A stretch of DNA of 64,000 bases from Vicugna vicugna (lineage: Eukaryota), in contig MU057377.1 of NCBI GenBank assembly GCA_013265495.1, positions 434,001 to 498,000 of the forward strand, written 5' to 3'. The notes beneath the pieces were generated by a model, which did no database searches, was not told the origin of the DNA, and saw nothing but the letters and a program-made list of their open reading frames with translations. Made by a program: the position numbers and the translations under genes. Shown piece after piece: positions 1 to 12,525 of this stretch (position 1 is its first letter; every line of letters starts with the position of its first letter).

Positions 1-1460
1 ATATAGATTTAAAGTTTGTATGAAGTGCCCTAGATAATGAATGAAAGGCTAAATCCACAGCAAATCCCTGAGGTGGGACAGGAAACCGCTCATTCACAAA
101 GCCTCAGAAATCAGAACAAGCATTCGCCTTACGGACGGAAACACTGGAAGCTAGAGGGCATTCGAACCATGCCTCAAAATTCTTGAAAGGAAATAATCTC
201 CGAATTAGAATTCTGTGCCCAGCTAAACTAGCAATCATCCCCGAAGGGAGAAGAAAAATATTTTCAGGGATGCAGGGATTAAAATTTCCAGCTTTCATCC
301 TCATTTTTCAGGCAGATCTTTCAAAATATACAGTCCATGGAAATGAGAGTGTAAAGCAAGAAAGAGAGCATGGAGTCCAGGGTACGGGGGATCTAGCAAA
401 GGAAAGGAGTGAGCAATGTTACTGACAATTGCTCCCTGTACGGCAGGTGTGTTACCAGCGGGTACAGAGATTAACCAGTCCTGAGAGCAGAAAACGTGGG
501 GCCCCAGGAAGGATGCGCAGTAAGGAAAATGCACGGAGTGTCATGTAAGAGAAGTGATGGAAAATTAAACAGAACATTTAGGGAATAAAAAACCTCTCAC
601 TGGCATTACTTCTAGGGAAAACTGTAAGTTGTACAGGAAGGAGATGGAATCATAGTGTTACGGAAACGACAGGCCAGCCAAGAAACAAGCACCACTAGGA
701 GGGTTGGAGTCCTCAGATGTATTACGCCGGCGGGCTCAGAGGGGCTTCTGCTCCGAAGCTCTGAGCACCTCCAAGACGTGCGCATGAGGTTTTACAGGGT
801 TAAGTACAAGCTTGGGGTATTCGGCCAATAGGCATGGAACAGCTTTAGCAGCATCATTATCACAAAAGTGGAGGCAGGGAGGCAGCAAACCAACATTCCA
901 AAGCCAGATATATATCTTTGAAAATCCAGCTGGCTAGCAAAAAAACATGAACAGCAAACCAACACTAATTAACCTAGATTTACAAGTTAGTCTAGCAGAA
1001 CTCAATCAGTATTCCAATACTTAGATTTGTGAGTTATCTTGTTAGCCCAGCCCAGCCCCTCCTTCACATTCCTAGACTTGTGAGTTATCTTGTTAGACCA
1101 GCCCGGTTTTTCCTTCACAATAGCACACTATGGAGCTGAAGGAAATTCTCTATAATAGCAATAATAGTAATAAAGTGATGCTTTCAGGTGGAGCTGAGGG
1201 AGTGAGTGTGTGGGTGCCCGTGTGTGACCGAGAACTGCGGGAAAGCTCAGTCCACGTGTACTGCAGGAGAATTCCAAACAATTATGCCAGTATCTAAAAC
1301 TGTAAGAAATATTTAGAAGAGTTTTAAATAGTTGCATCTAGGGGGGTGCAGGCTGGGAGTGGGGAGCTGGAATGGGATGGTAATAAGGGTATGACACTTC
1401 CCCTCATAACCCTTAGTGGCTTTTAAAGGATTACTGAATAAATGTCATAAAAATAATTTT
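1..1460 (+). mobile_element. Degraded HAL1/L1 ORF1-type LINE remnant, interrupted by a solo LTR at 656-1119
   Basis: ORF 183-425 reads KGNNLRIRILCPAKLAIIPEGRRKIFSGMQGLKF, resembling the L1 ORF1p C-terminal motif (N.QPRI.YPAKLS...EGE.K.F). The following sequence (aagaaagagagcatggagtccagg...aaccagtcc) resembles HAL1 as recalled. Boundaries approximate. Confidence 0.7.
656..1119 (-). mobile_element. Solo LTR of an ERV1-like (class I) endogenous retrovirus, 464 bp
   Basis: Starts TG (656) and ends CA (1119). Flanked by a perfect 4-bp TSD ATAG (652-655, 1120-1123). About 48-bp direct repeats at 1021-1068 and 1072-1119; CpGs retained. Minus orientation inferred from the TGTGAAGG start, the U3-like repeats and the TATA-like/polyA-like order on that strand. 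Confidence 0.8.
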
Positions 1461-1780
1461 CAAAGCAGAATAGGTAGATGTATACTTTAGTCACACACAC
1501 ACCTCCATCACTTTGTTGACATGTACACTCTGAATTATGTTTTCAGTGCTGGTCCTGGACAAGATGATTTATTAAGCACATCCTTTTCCTGGGTCTTCGA
1601 GGTGGATGGTGTCATTGGCACCGTTGGTACCGTTTGCTGCCTGGGTTTATGGGTGTGTCCACAGGTGAGATGCTAACAGGCCTTCTTGGAAACACAGCCT
1701 GTGACAAGGCATCATTAACTGATGCTTCAGCTGACTGTACTAAACAAGCAAAGACATTTGCCTGCCAAGAAAAAACTCAT

Positions 1781-1925
1781 GGCGGGGAGAGTATAGCTCA
1801 GTGGTAGAGTGTGTGGTTCAATCTCCAGTGCCTCCATTAAAAATGAATTTTAAAAAACCTAATTACTTCCCTCGCCTAAATAAATAAACCACAAATAAAA
1901 AATAAATTTAAAAAATTAAAAAAGA
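1781..1925 (+). mobile_element. tRNA-derived camelid-type SINE (Vic-1-like), internally deleted
   Basis: ggggagagtatagctcagtggtagag (A-box) ... ggttcaatctccag (B-box) ... cctaattacttccc, then an A-rich tail. Homologous to the copies at 17021 and 32343. Confidence 0.8.
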
Positions 1926-2863
1926 AAATCATATTTTTCAAACATATAATGGAGCTGTGATTTACGCCTTATTAAAAATAACTAATTAAAGAGCCAACTA
2001 AGAAATAAAAGCGGAATATGCACAGACCAGTGAGGGAGTGTCATGAAGTAAGGGTTATGATTATTCCAGTTCTGAGCACCTACACTGAGAAGAAATCTGC
2101 CCTGTACACATTACTACATCGTAACCTAGTACACTGTATGCACCCTCAGTGAAAAACAAAGTAATTTGCATAAGGATAATAGCTTTAGAAAGGACATACA
2201 TGGACACACACAAAAAGTAATTTCAAGTCCTTGCAGGACTACTTAAAATTATAATCAAAACCTAGTTCCCAGAGAAATGACCACAGATAATTTCGTTTCT
2301 GGCTTTCCCACGAGCCTTAGATACAGGATAAAAACTGTACTGGTTGTGATGTGTAAATTGATATTTTCAGACCAGTTTATCTAGGCTGCCAAACTGTTTT
2401 CCTGCAGTAAAGTCTGCCATCTACTGGATGTTACAAGAAGTTCTAGAACAGAGGGTTTCACACTTTTTCTTTTTTTCTTTTCTTTTTTTCTTAAAGGCAG
2501 CAGAACTCCTCCAAGGAAAATGTCACGAGTAACCCCGACACACAAAACCGGGATGTGGACCAGCCCAGACTGCAGAAAGGGAGACCCCGCAGCCCAGCCG
2601 CTCAGCCTCCTGGCCTTCCTGGAGATGTCTACAGAGAGCCCAGGGGAAAATAAAATATCTCACACAGCGGCTGCAAGTGATTCTTTTTGTCTTTGCTCTT
2701 TTAGTATAGCTAGTGATAAAAATATGTGTGTATATTTTAATATAAATATACATTATATATAAATGTAAATATATAATATGTACATATATTTGTTGAGAAG
2801 TAAAAACTAATTTGACCAGTTTTAAAGGCGATGAGCACACAGTGTAGCAGTTATTGTGTATAG

Positions 2864-2864
<1 letters not shown>

Positions 2865-2897
<33 letters not shown>
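2865..2897. repeat. (TG)16 microsatellite
   Basis: Direct reading. Confidence 0.95.
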
Positions 2898-2899
<2 letters not shown>

Positions 2900-3157
2900 T
2901 TTCTTATAATTAGATCTACTTGGAAAACAGCCATATTAGTCATTTAGCTTAAGTATAAAGGAGGAATATATTTATTTCAGAGCAGTGAAACACTACAAGG
3001 TGACTTCCGGGAAAAAGCATTTCAATACCTCAGAGATTATTACAAAGAGTATGTACTCCTTTGTCCTTGATGGTTTTAATGTGCTCATCTTTGAAACAGG
3101 CAGGTAATTCTCTGATTTAAAAACCGTCAGTCAAGAATCTGGAAGTTCCAGCGAAGG

Positions 3158-3159
<2 letters not shown>

Positions 3160-3194
<35 letters not shown>
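3160..3194. repeat. Poly(T)35 homopolymer
   Basis: Direct reading. Confidence 0.95.
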
Positions 3195-3289
3195 CCCTAA
3201 ACTTTTGGACTGGTTAACCACAGGACATTTGCCGGAGAGAGACAAGGAACAGAGTCCGCGAAGTAAGACGTATCCTATCAAGGCCGGCT

Positions 3290-3435
3290 TTGCCAGCTCG
3301 GCCTCAGTTTCCTCAGCTGCAAAGGAGGATAGAGCAGCAGAATCCACGTCTTCGGGTTTTCATGTGGATTAAGTCACCAGATCTAAATGCTTGGCAGACA
3401 CAAGGCAAGTGCTCAATAAACGTTAGCTCTTACTG
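3290..3435 (+). mobile_element. MIR SINE fragment
   Basis: gcctcagtttcctcagctgcaaa ... ggattaag ... aagtgctcaataaacgttagct matches the MIR core and 3' end. Confidence 0.7.
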
Positions 3436-5619
3436 TTATAAGATGCTTAGAGAGAGTCTGGAGTTCTTAGCAGGAAAGTTACTGGATTAATAAGAAATAC
3501 AGCAATAACAATAATAACCAAAAAAAGTACCACTTACTGACACATTTTCACTGCAGGAATTTTATTTAGGAAACACATACAAATACAGAGTCTAATGCCA
3601 AAGACACGCTTCCGTCAAGCACCTGGACTTGCCCAGGATCAAACCGAGGTGACCATTGTTTCGATTTAGAAAAAATCTGAGGTTCATTTTTCACAAGAAT
3701 ATATTTACAATCTCACTCTAAATGCTGAACACCATTTAAATTTTTTGGCTCGGAGAAGTATCACATGACGTGAGAGTTGTGATCGGGCTAGAGAAGCCAG
3801 GAGGACCCGCTGTTTCTGTGTGTTCCCAGAGCACGCCCAGCAAACGCTCAGCGAATGCTCTGTGGGTGCTAATCGTCAAAGCCAGTATCCTGACCTCAAA
3901 GACGCCCCTTGCTGCGTAAACTTTGCATGAGTGTATGTACACGTGCATGTGTTTGTAGGGGTAACGACTGACCCCTTTTTTAAATTTTGCCTTCTTGTCA
4001 CTGCTACTTTTAGTCTTTTCCTAGGATTTGCTAACCTAATTCCCCCCGCGTCACTCACTCTCTAGTCCTCATTTTTACTGATATTAACGCCAAGAATGAA
4101 ACCTGCCAGCAGCAGGGAGGCAGGATGATCGATGGCTATGGCTCGTATCTGGGTTAAATTAGCAATTTTACATACTCCTCACATTTAAGCAGATCAGACA
4201 TGCACGTATTCCCACCTCCTGCCAACACAGCGTTTTGAGCTCATTGCCCCGGGCAGGTATTTTACTGTTTTTCCCTCAAAATACTGAGATGTGGGTGGGG
4301 ACCTGGGAAGGCTGCTGCCTCCGACCAGAGAGGGGATACGCTGGCTGCGGGACAGGGCAATTTTTTAAACATGCAAAGGCATAGGGTTTTTTTTTAAATT
4401 TAATTCTATTTTTAACATACATTTAACCTAATTTCACCCAAATAAGAATGGGAGATGAATAGAGGAACAGGGAGCACACAATCTGATATTCCCAGCAGCA
4501 TTTACTGAGTGGTTTCTGAAACTCTTCTGTATAAAAACCTTTTCCTGTAGAAGAACAAGGAGATGGGCTGCTTTCCTTTGTACCTGTGTTTTGCTTTCAT
4601 TAAAACAACTACCAAGTCTACTGTTTCATACAGAACTTTGGTTTACGTCCTTGATATGTTAAAAAGTTAACATAAATTTCTATATTTCATTAAACTATAT
4701 CTCAAAAACCACTATTGATTTCTATAAATTGGAACAGCCATTGACTTTAAAAAGAGGGTTTAATTCAGCTGTCGAAGAAAAAAATTTTTTTTACTCAAGA
4801 TAGATTGTCTCCTCCATTCAGAAATTTGGAAAATCAGATGGCCCTTGACAGTTTGGTGAAACACATAACAATTTCAATCATGGTTTGGATTCCAAACAGC
4901 AAATATTTGGGATGTGCAGGTTTCAAATCACCCATGATGAGTTGTTTTTAGAATGAAACAGAGGTTACACTCAGTGCTACTGCAGATAGAGGAGAAATTT
5001 CCAGATCGGAGAATTTCAGTGCATTAGAGGAAAGGGGCTGGCTGAATTTTCCTGAGGCTGGCTTTCTGTAGAGAGTGACGTTTAATTTCAGGGTTGGGCC
5101 TGGCAGGGGAGGGAGGGGCACATCTTCATTCAGGAAGTAGCCAGAATGGCTTGCACGTGGTAGGTAATCAATAGAAATTTGATGAATAATGAATGAGTGA
5201 GCAAGAAAACCTGAATTCTCATTTAAGCCTCGCTGTGAAGTTCTTACTCTCACCTCTTTTGATAAAACCAAGCAGAGCAAATCATCGGGCAAATCACTTA
5301 CTTTGATGTGCAGTCTGATGGGTCCGCACGAACAGTTAGACGCAGTAAACGGGCTCTTTAAGACCATTTCGTTCCTCTGCCTCCCCGTGGCCTCTAAAAA
5401 ACTAGGCATTCTCTCTCTCATACGTAGCTATTCCTGTAGATGTGATTTTTGAATTCTAAATTGAGGCCAGTTTAGTGTAATGGCCAGAGGACAATTTCAC
5501 GGTAAGACAGACAGAGGTTTACATGTTAGTTCTATTTCCCACATCCGTGGTTTCAGCAAAATCAGCGTCACCGAGCCCGTTTCCTCGTCTCTAAGGGAGC
5601 TGACATGTACACACGGGGC

Positions 5620-5835
5620 TTCCGAGCAGGGACTTGAGCCTGGGTCCGCATCCTGGCTCTGCCACTCACTGACGCCGAGAGCTTTATTAAGTTACCACCT
5701 CTGGGCCTTAGTTGTCATTTCTGTAAAAATGATTCCTACCTCATAGGTTTATTGCGGATATTAAATTAGCTAATGTGCGTAAAATGTCCAACAATGCTTG
5801 GACCAGAGAGAGCACTGTCAGCCAATTTGTGTTAT
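5620..5835 (+). mobile_element. MIR SINE
   Basis: ctctgccactcact...aagttaccacctctgggccttagttgtcatttctgtaaaaatg...cctacctcatagg is the MIR core. Confidence 0.75.
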
Positions 5836-7454
5836 TATCCTCACAGTAACAAACGTAAAGTTCCTTATTAAAAATTTGGAATAAAATAATTCTCCAGTCG
5901 ATATTATTTTTATTCCAAAAATTGTATTGACTAAATACAAAGTAATTAGTCATTCCTTCAGTGCAGGGTCCAAAGCATGTACGTCTTGGTCCCCTTCCAC
6001 TGGCCAGCAAAGCACCTCGGCACAGTGGTGCTTGGTAACCACGTGTTTAATAAATGAATCAATCCAAGGAAAATGAGACTCTACCATACCGGAAAGAGTT
6101 ATTCGTTTTGTGTTCTGGGAAGTACAAGTTCACTGTCATCACACACTCCTAAGAATCTCTCCTCCTGAGCCAGGCAGGAGCCCAGCATCGCCGACTCCGT
6201 ACTCCCATGCAAACTGTGAAACACAACTTCCCTGCTGCAGCTGAGAAGATTGTGCCAAAGCTCCCTGGTATCACCTGCATCTCACCTCCTCTGCCGGGAG
6301 TCTACAGACTTACTGGGAAACTTTCCCACAAGGGTATCTTAAATCCCCTGTGCACGGCTGCCATCTTGCTGGGTGCTCTTATATATAATTTTCTATTGTT
6401 AACACTGTCACAGGTGAAATCAGGGCCCTGCTTCTCCAAAGCTTTCTTTGCTCTCCAAGCTTCCCCAACAGAAGCCTCTGGGTCCTCCTGAGCACCAGTC
6501 TGGATGGGATCAGGTCTCCATCAGGAGGGCTGGGTAATGGACCACGGACATCCTGCCTCTGGCTGCAGTTACACACACTCACCCCAGAGAAAGTGCCCTG
6601 CACTTGTCATCCTTAGAACATGACTAAATAATGCAAATCATGAAGGTCATTTTTACTGAATGTCAATCACTGAAAATTTTAATGAGGGTCTAATTATGTT
6701 CCTTTGACATTAAATTCATTTAAAGCTAATCAGGCCTGGACGCTCTGACCTTATTATAATCCATGTACACATTAATAAGGACAGGCTTTTAAATGACCCC
6801 TTTTATTTAATGGGATACTTAACGTTTTACTAACTCCTTTGAGCAAACTGAAGTTCTCAGAGTAAAGCTAAAAATGTTCTAAATGAAGAGAAAAAAGTTT
6901 TTCCCCACTCCATAAAGCCATCATTTTTAACTGATCAACAGACATAATTTCAATATTAATTATAAAACCATTGTGCAGAATAATTTAGCTACACACATTT
7001 TTATTCTAAAAAAGCACCTGAAAGTTGTAATATTTTCCACTAGATTGTTATCAGATTTTAAGTAATTGTACACAATTAAGATTGAAGAAAAAAATAAACA
7101 AAATTGGCAAAATAAGTGAAAACAGCCCTTCAAACTCTAGCCTGTTTCACCATACACCAAAATAGTATGGACAATATGAGAATGAAAAAATCAGAATAAT
7201 CTAATTTTCCAAATTTTGTTATTCATATTATTAAGATGCTTCCAATTTATTGGTCCCAGGAAAAAATGTCTCAATTCTTTCCTATAGAAAAAATATGGGG
7301 TAGGAGGTATTATATCCAGTTTATACGTAGAAACTGAGGTTCAGAGATGTTAAATAAATTCCCCAAAGTTATGCAGCTAATATGTGGTAGATGAGGACGC
7401 CAAGAAGACTTCAAAACATTTGTTTGAAAAAAAATCCAAATAAAAAAGAATATA

Positions 7455-7626
7455 GATTCTGTATCGCACAGGGAACTATACTCAATATCTTGTAATAACC
7501 TTCAATGAGAAAGAATATGAAAATGAATATATGTATGTACATGCATGACTGGGACATTGTGCTGCACACCAGAAACTGACACATTGTAACTCACTGTACA
7601 TCAATAAATTTTTTTAATTAAAAAAC
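7455..7626 (+). mobile_element. 5'-truncated young L1 3' end
   Basis: Near-identical to the 3' UTR of the L1 at about 46480-46640 in this window (ggaactat.ctcaatatcttgtaataacctt...catgactgggacattgtgctg). Confidence 0.85.
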
Positions 7627-7696
7627 AGCATGACAGGCAAAAAGTTTAAAAAGGAATATAGAATCATAAAAATGAAACACTTAAGAAGTATCTAGA

Positions 7697-7862
7697 TAAG
7701 CACTCTCCAAACTTTATCATTCAGATGAACCACGAGGGTCTCGGGGAAACTGCCGATTCTCTGACTCAGCAGTTCTGGGGTGAGGCCTGAGAGCCAGCAT
7801 TTCTCATAAGCTGCAGGGGTCCTGATGCTGCGTGTCCGTGGACGACAATTCAAACAGTGAGC
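7697..7862. mobile_element. MER5-like hAT-Charlie DNA transposon
   Basis: gattctctgactcagcagttctggggtgaggcctgagagccagcatttctcataagc matches MER5 as recalled. Confidence 0.65.
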
Positions 7863-7869
7863 ACTTCTA

Positions 7870-8203
7870 CCCGCCTCATCTAACAGAGGTACAACGTGCA
7901 ACATGTAGGTAATGTTAAGTCTTCCAGTGAAAAGTGCAATTAAAAATTAAATTAAGAATTATAAATAAACAGGCAAAATTAACTTTAATAATATACTTCA
8001 TTTAACCAAATATAACTAATTATCATTTCACATGTGTAATGAGGGTTAAAAACTAATGAGATATTTACATCTTTTTTCATACTAAGTCTGAAATCCTACG
8101 TGCATTTTACACTTACAGCACATCGCAGCTCTAGCTAGCCGCATGTTAAGTGCTCAAAGTCCCGCTACAGTGATTAGTGGCTACTATATTGGACGAGGCA
8201 GAT
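7870..8203. mobile_element. MER33/MER3-like hAT-Charlie DNA transposon
   Basis: cattttacacttacagcacatc...gcatgttaagtgctcaa...gtggctactatattggac is the typical MER33/MER3 terminus. Confidence 0.7.
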
Positions 8204-8578
8204 CTCAACAGTTTCCTCATGTTTTGTACAGGAAACTAATGTCTAGAAAAATAATATGGAGTTGTGAGAACTGACTCCTCTAGTATTTAAATTATCTTCT
8301 TTTATGACATGATTACAGTAGTAGGCATGAATAAAGACCTTTCAAGGTACTTTCTAACAGTTTATTAATTACTATGTATATTCAAATCCTGCACATCCTT
8401 AGAAACCTCCGGTTTTCTCTGAATCTTCTCCAGATCTCTGCACTCATGTTGATCTCCTGGCCTGAGCAGCCACAGAACAGACCCTTGCTAAGACAACAAC
8501 ACACTTATCTGTGTGTTTCCTAAAGTGTGCTCTGTTTCCCATATGGAGACTTGTCTTTACAACTAGCAAAAGAACTCC

Positions 8579-8841
8579 TTTTTTTCAGACTGAAGTACAG
8601 TTACAATGTGTCAATTTCTGGAGTACAGCACAGTGTCCCAGTCATGCATATACATACATATATTCATCTTCATATTCTTTTTCATTAAAGGTTACTACAA
8701 GCTACTGAATATAGTTCCCTGTGCTATACAGAAGAAATTTGTGGGTTTTTTAAAATCTGTTTTTACATATAGTGGCAAACACTTGCAAATCTCAAACTAA
8801 AGAAAAAAAGGGGACACTAATGAACTCATCTACAAAACAGA
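8579..8841 (-). mobile_element. Young L1 3' end with 5' inversion
   Basis: 8579-8797 is the reverse complement of the L1 3' UTR. 8798-8841 matches 46321-46363 in the opposite orientation. Confidence 0.8.
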
Positions 8842-11800
8842 TGAACCCTTTAAGTTCAGTAACTGTCACAAGCACTTCTTTGGATGTCCATGTACATGCT
8901 CTGTGTTCTCAGTTCCTGTCACTCTTGGACGCTAGCTCCCGAATGGGCAATAACAGGGGCTGACTGAGTGCTTTGCTGATCACTTGGTTTCCCCCTAGAG
9001 ACCCGTGCTCCGCTCACTTTAAGGCTCACTACACTTGAAGAGAGAGAGGATGGCTTGCTTCTGTTTGGCCACTCTAAGTGGGGAACCAGATCTGGGGAAA
9101 ACCCAGGTTACTGTGGTTACTAGATAGCTTGGAAACCATCGTGAATAGATTTCATTTTCTTTTCATTCAGCCAAAAGCCCCAGGGCACTGAGCACAGCAA
9201 GTACGAGGCTGTGGTGCCTTCAGTCTGGGTAAGATTTTGAAGCGTGTATAGCCCTGCACACGCTGTTCTGAGAGGGCCCTGGTGCACACAGACATGCCTC
9301 TCTGCACGGCCCAGGACTCCCGGGGAGAATGGATCTCCTCCGTCCCCCAGGAACCATGTGGCACATTCTACCCCAGAAGCTATGGCAAGTATATACATAA
9401 TGAATTCGGCACCTTCATTCCCGAGCACAAAACACCAGGGAAGGGAGGGTACCGCCGCGCTGTTGGAACACTCAGAGGGCGACGTGTGGTTGCTGACATC
9501 CTTAGAGAGTTGCAAGACAATATCTCATATTTGGAGTTGGTAGCTTAACTGAACAGAAGATAATAAAAGCATAAGGACAATTCTATTGTAGAAAATGCCT
9601 AGAAGCGAACTCTCACGCGGACGTAAGATGTGGTACCTTAGATGAAATCACCCCGGCTCAGATATGCCCAGAATCATCTCTTTTAGGAAAACACAGCTAC
9701 GTCTTTGCACTTAAAACATTGGGAGGAGAGGTTAAGTGGGGAAAGAAGAAGGATGAATTCAAGCAAATAATTCATGACTTTCAAATCAATAAACAAGTAA
9801 ATTAACAGCTTGCTTAACAATAGAGAGTGTTTTTACTGGATATGATACTTGAGTTTTTAAAATAAATCCCATGTATTTTTCATCATTGTGTATGCCTCCC
9901 GTATCCAGCATAGAGCAGATCATCAATAATTCATAGCTGAGCTGCACCAAGCAAGCTCAGCCCCTCTCCCTGAGTGTAACGTCATGTGACTGCATTCAGG
10001 CTTTCCGTATTTCTTTCTCTTGGCGGTGTCTGCCGCCCACCACCATCGCTTCCTGTACCAAATCCCAGGCACACACTCTCGCCGGTCTTTCACTTAGAAG
10101 GGGCCCCTGGATGACACTTACATGTGAAACGGGAGCCTTTGTTTTCTTCGATGTCATTTTTGATCATGCTTAAACAATACATTTCAATAAACTTCCTTTT
10201 ACAATACCTGGTAAGTTGTAAGTCAGATAGAAACTGTGCCTAACTTGAAGCACCCTGAAGGGCGTAACGAAGGGTGAGAGTCCAGCCCCCCTCGGGAGGG
10301 CCGGAAGACCACTTGTCAGCGAGCCCAGCAGGTGTAACCACAGCGTGACTGAGGTGTCACTAACTCACGGCTTTCTGGTGTGCAAGGGGAGAGCTGGGGG
10401 ATGCTGCGCTGAGGGAAACTCGCTGCTTCCCACATCTGGGGCAATACATTGAAAGAAGCAGCTTTACAGACTATTTTGACTTCACGATGCAGAAATAGAA
10501 TAAGGACACTATCAATTATTTTCTGAAAGGAAGGAGCTAAGACCCTATCGGTTAAAGCCAGGTCTCTACAGAACAATTAAATGTTTAATCTTTATAAAAT
10601 AAAAGCAGTATTTTAAAGGGTCCCATCAAGTATGCCAACTAATATGTATCCTCCAGGAGCATGCTAACCCTGTGGCACAAAAGGGGTTGAGAGACCCTTA
10701 ACGGACCTATTTACCTCGGGTCTATTTCTAAAGCACCCTATCATGTTGTTATAGAAACTGCTGCAGCTGAAAATCTCCCACCTCGATTATTGCTATAGTA
10801 ACCACCAAACGACGAGACGCTGGCTTTTCATCCATTTGCCGTCGCTGCCCCACCCCTCTCTGAGATAGTTTTGCTTTTAAATGCTCCCATGTCACTGGAA
10901 ACAAAGAAGAAAAAAAGTAAATAAATTTAGTTAGTGGGAAAGAATAAAAAGGCAGAGAGAATGAGAAAGAGAGAGAAAGAGAGGAAAACGGGGGACGCGA
11001 CAAGCAATAAAGAGATCCTAGGTATCTTAGTTTTACTTTGTAGAGAAAAGAAATACAATCAGACAACCAAACTAGCTTTTCAGTTGGTGACCAAATCTCT
11101 TTATTTCCATCTGTTCAGACTCAAAGTGACTAATAAAAAGTTAGATGTGAAATATTGCTGTTCTATTTTTAAAACCACCTCTGGACACTTTAGAGAATTT
11201 CCCAATAGGATCTATGCCCTTGCCTGGTGCTGTCTCACCCAGTTTAAGTCAAATTAAATATAAAAGGTAATTTTCTTATAATAGTTTCTTGTAAGAGATT
11301 ATTAGGTCCTAATATGGCATTGTATTTAAGTCATGCTATAATAACCGTAATCTAATTCACCTCCTTCCCCACAAGCTTGCAATCATTTTTAAAATTCTCA
11401 TATGGTATTAAAGTTTGGCACTGTTTTGTGTGGAAAAAAAAAGGCCTACATACATTAAGCCAAACAGAATTACTTCTCTCCTTTCTTTATCATACCTCAG
11501 ACTTTATTGTTCCATATTGAATTGTCCTGTCTGTTAGTCAATAGCAAATTTGTTGGTTGGATTTATGATTTTTTTAGTTTCAAAATTCCAACAAACACAT
11601 CAAAACTGACTTTGAAATAACTCGAAATCAGATTTTTTGGAAACAAAAACTCCTGTGCCGAGAAGATGACGCAAGGATGAGAATGGCAAAAACATCTAGA
11701 ACCTTCTGTCACCCTGGAGAAGATCTTAGAAATATCGCGGGCTGCTCCTGAGACCAAAACCTGCAGCAGAGATGTAGAGGGGAGAAAAGGGTGCTGCCAA

Positions 11801-12503
11801 AGCAAAGGTTAAGATGCAAACACACGAAGTCGGGGTAAGCATCACGCACTGTCCCCAAACTCGGCTCACTGCTGCTAACCTCAGCTCACCGCTACACTCA
11901 TCCTCCAGAATGTCTACTACAAAGCACAGTTGTTATCTGCTAAACGTTTTATTTGCAAATGGATAATTTAGATTATTCAAAGGAGTGTTGGCCATTTTCA
12001 GGAAACCAGAATATATACCCCAAACACAAAAAACGCACCTAATTAACCTCTCAAATAACAGCAAGTTACTTCCTACAAACTGAACAACTCAGCTCACGGC
12101 ACCTGAAGGTTCTTCTTAATTAAATACATTCTTTAGAAAAGTCTAAGCAAATATATGGAAGTTGATTCAAAGGCTTCTCTGCTTCAGCTGGTTGCTCTGT
12201 TTGGATACTTGTATTCAAGAAGTTTAATTCCGCTTTTAGACAGTCTATGTGAACAGGAAAATTTAATTTTGTTTATGATACTTTTCTCCGCCCATGTGGA
12301 GTTTTGTTACCCTCAGCACTTTGTGTTACCCATCTGTTTATTTCAGCTTTGTTCAGGCATAGAGCTGAAAGAAGGAAATTCTCTGAAACTGTGTCTTTGG
12401 CAGAACAGTGTTGAGACTTATAGTCAACTCCAGGCTCTTCCCAAAGTGGTTACAATATAATAATTGACAGTATGGTTGTGTCAAATAGTGCAAATAGTAT
12501 CAC

Positions 12504-12525
12504 TGTGTGTGTGTGTGTGTGTGTG
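12504..12525. repeat. (TG)11 microsatellite
   Basis: Direct reading. Confidence 0.95.

Noticed and set aside
4948..5421. 157-aa minus-strand ORF and other 60-160 aa ORFs across the window (e.g. 37982-38410, 57390-57839)
   Set aside because: No recognisable homology or consistent splice context; many overlap decayed repeats, and the lengths are within chance expectation.
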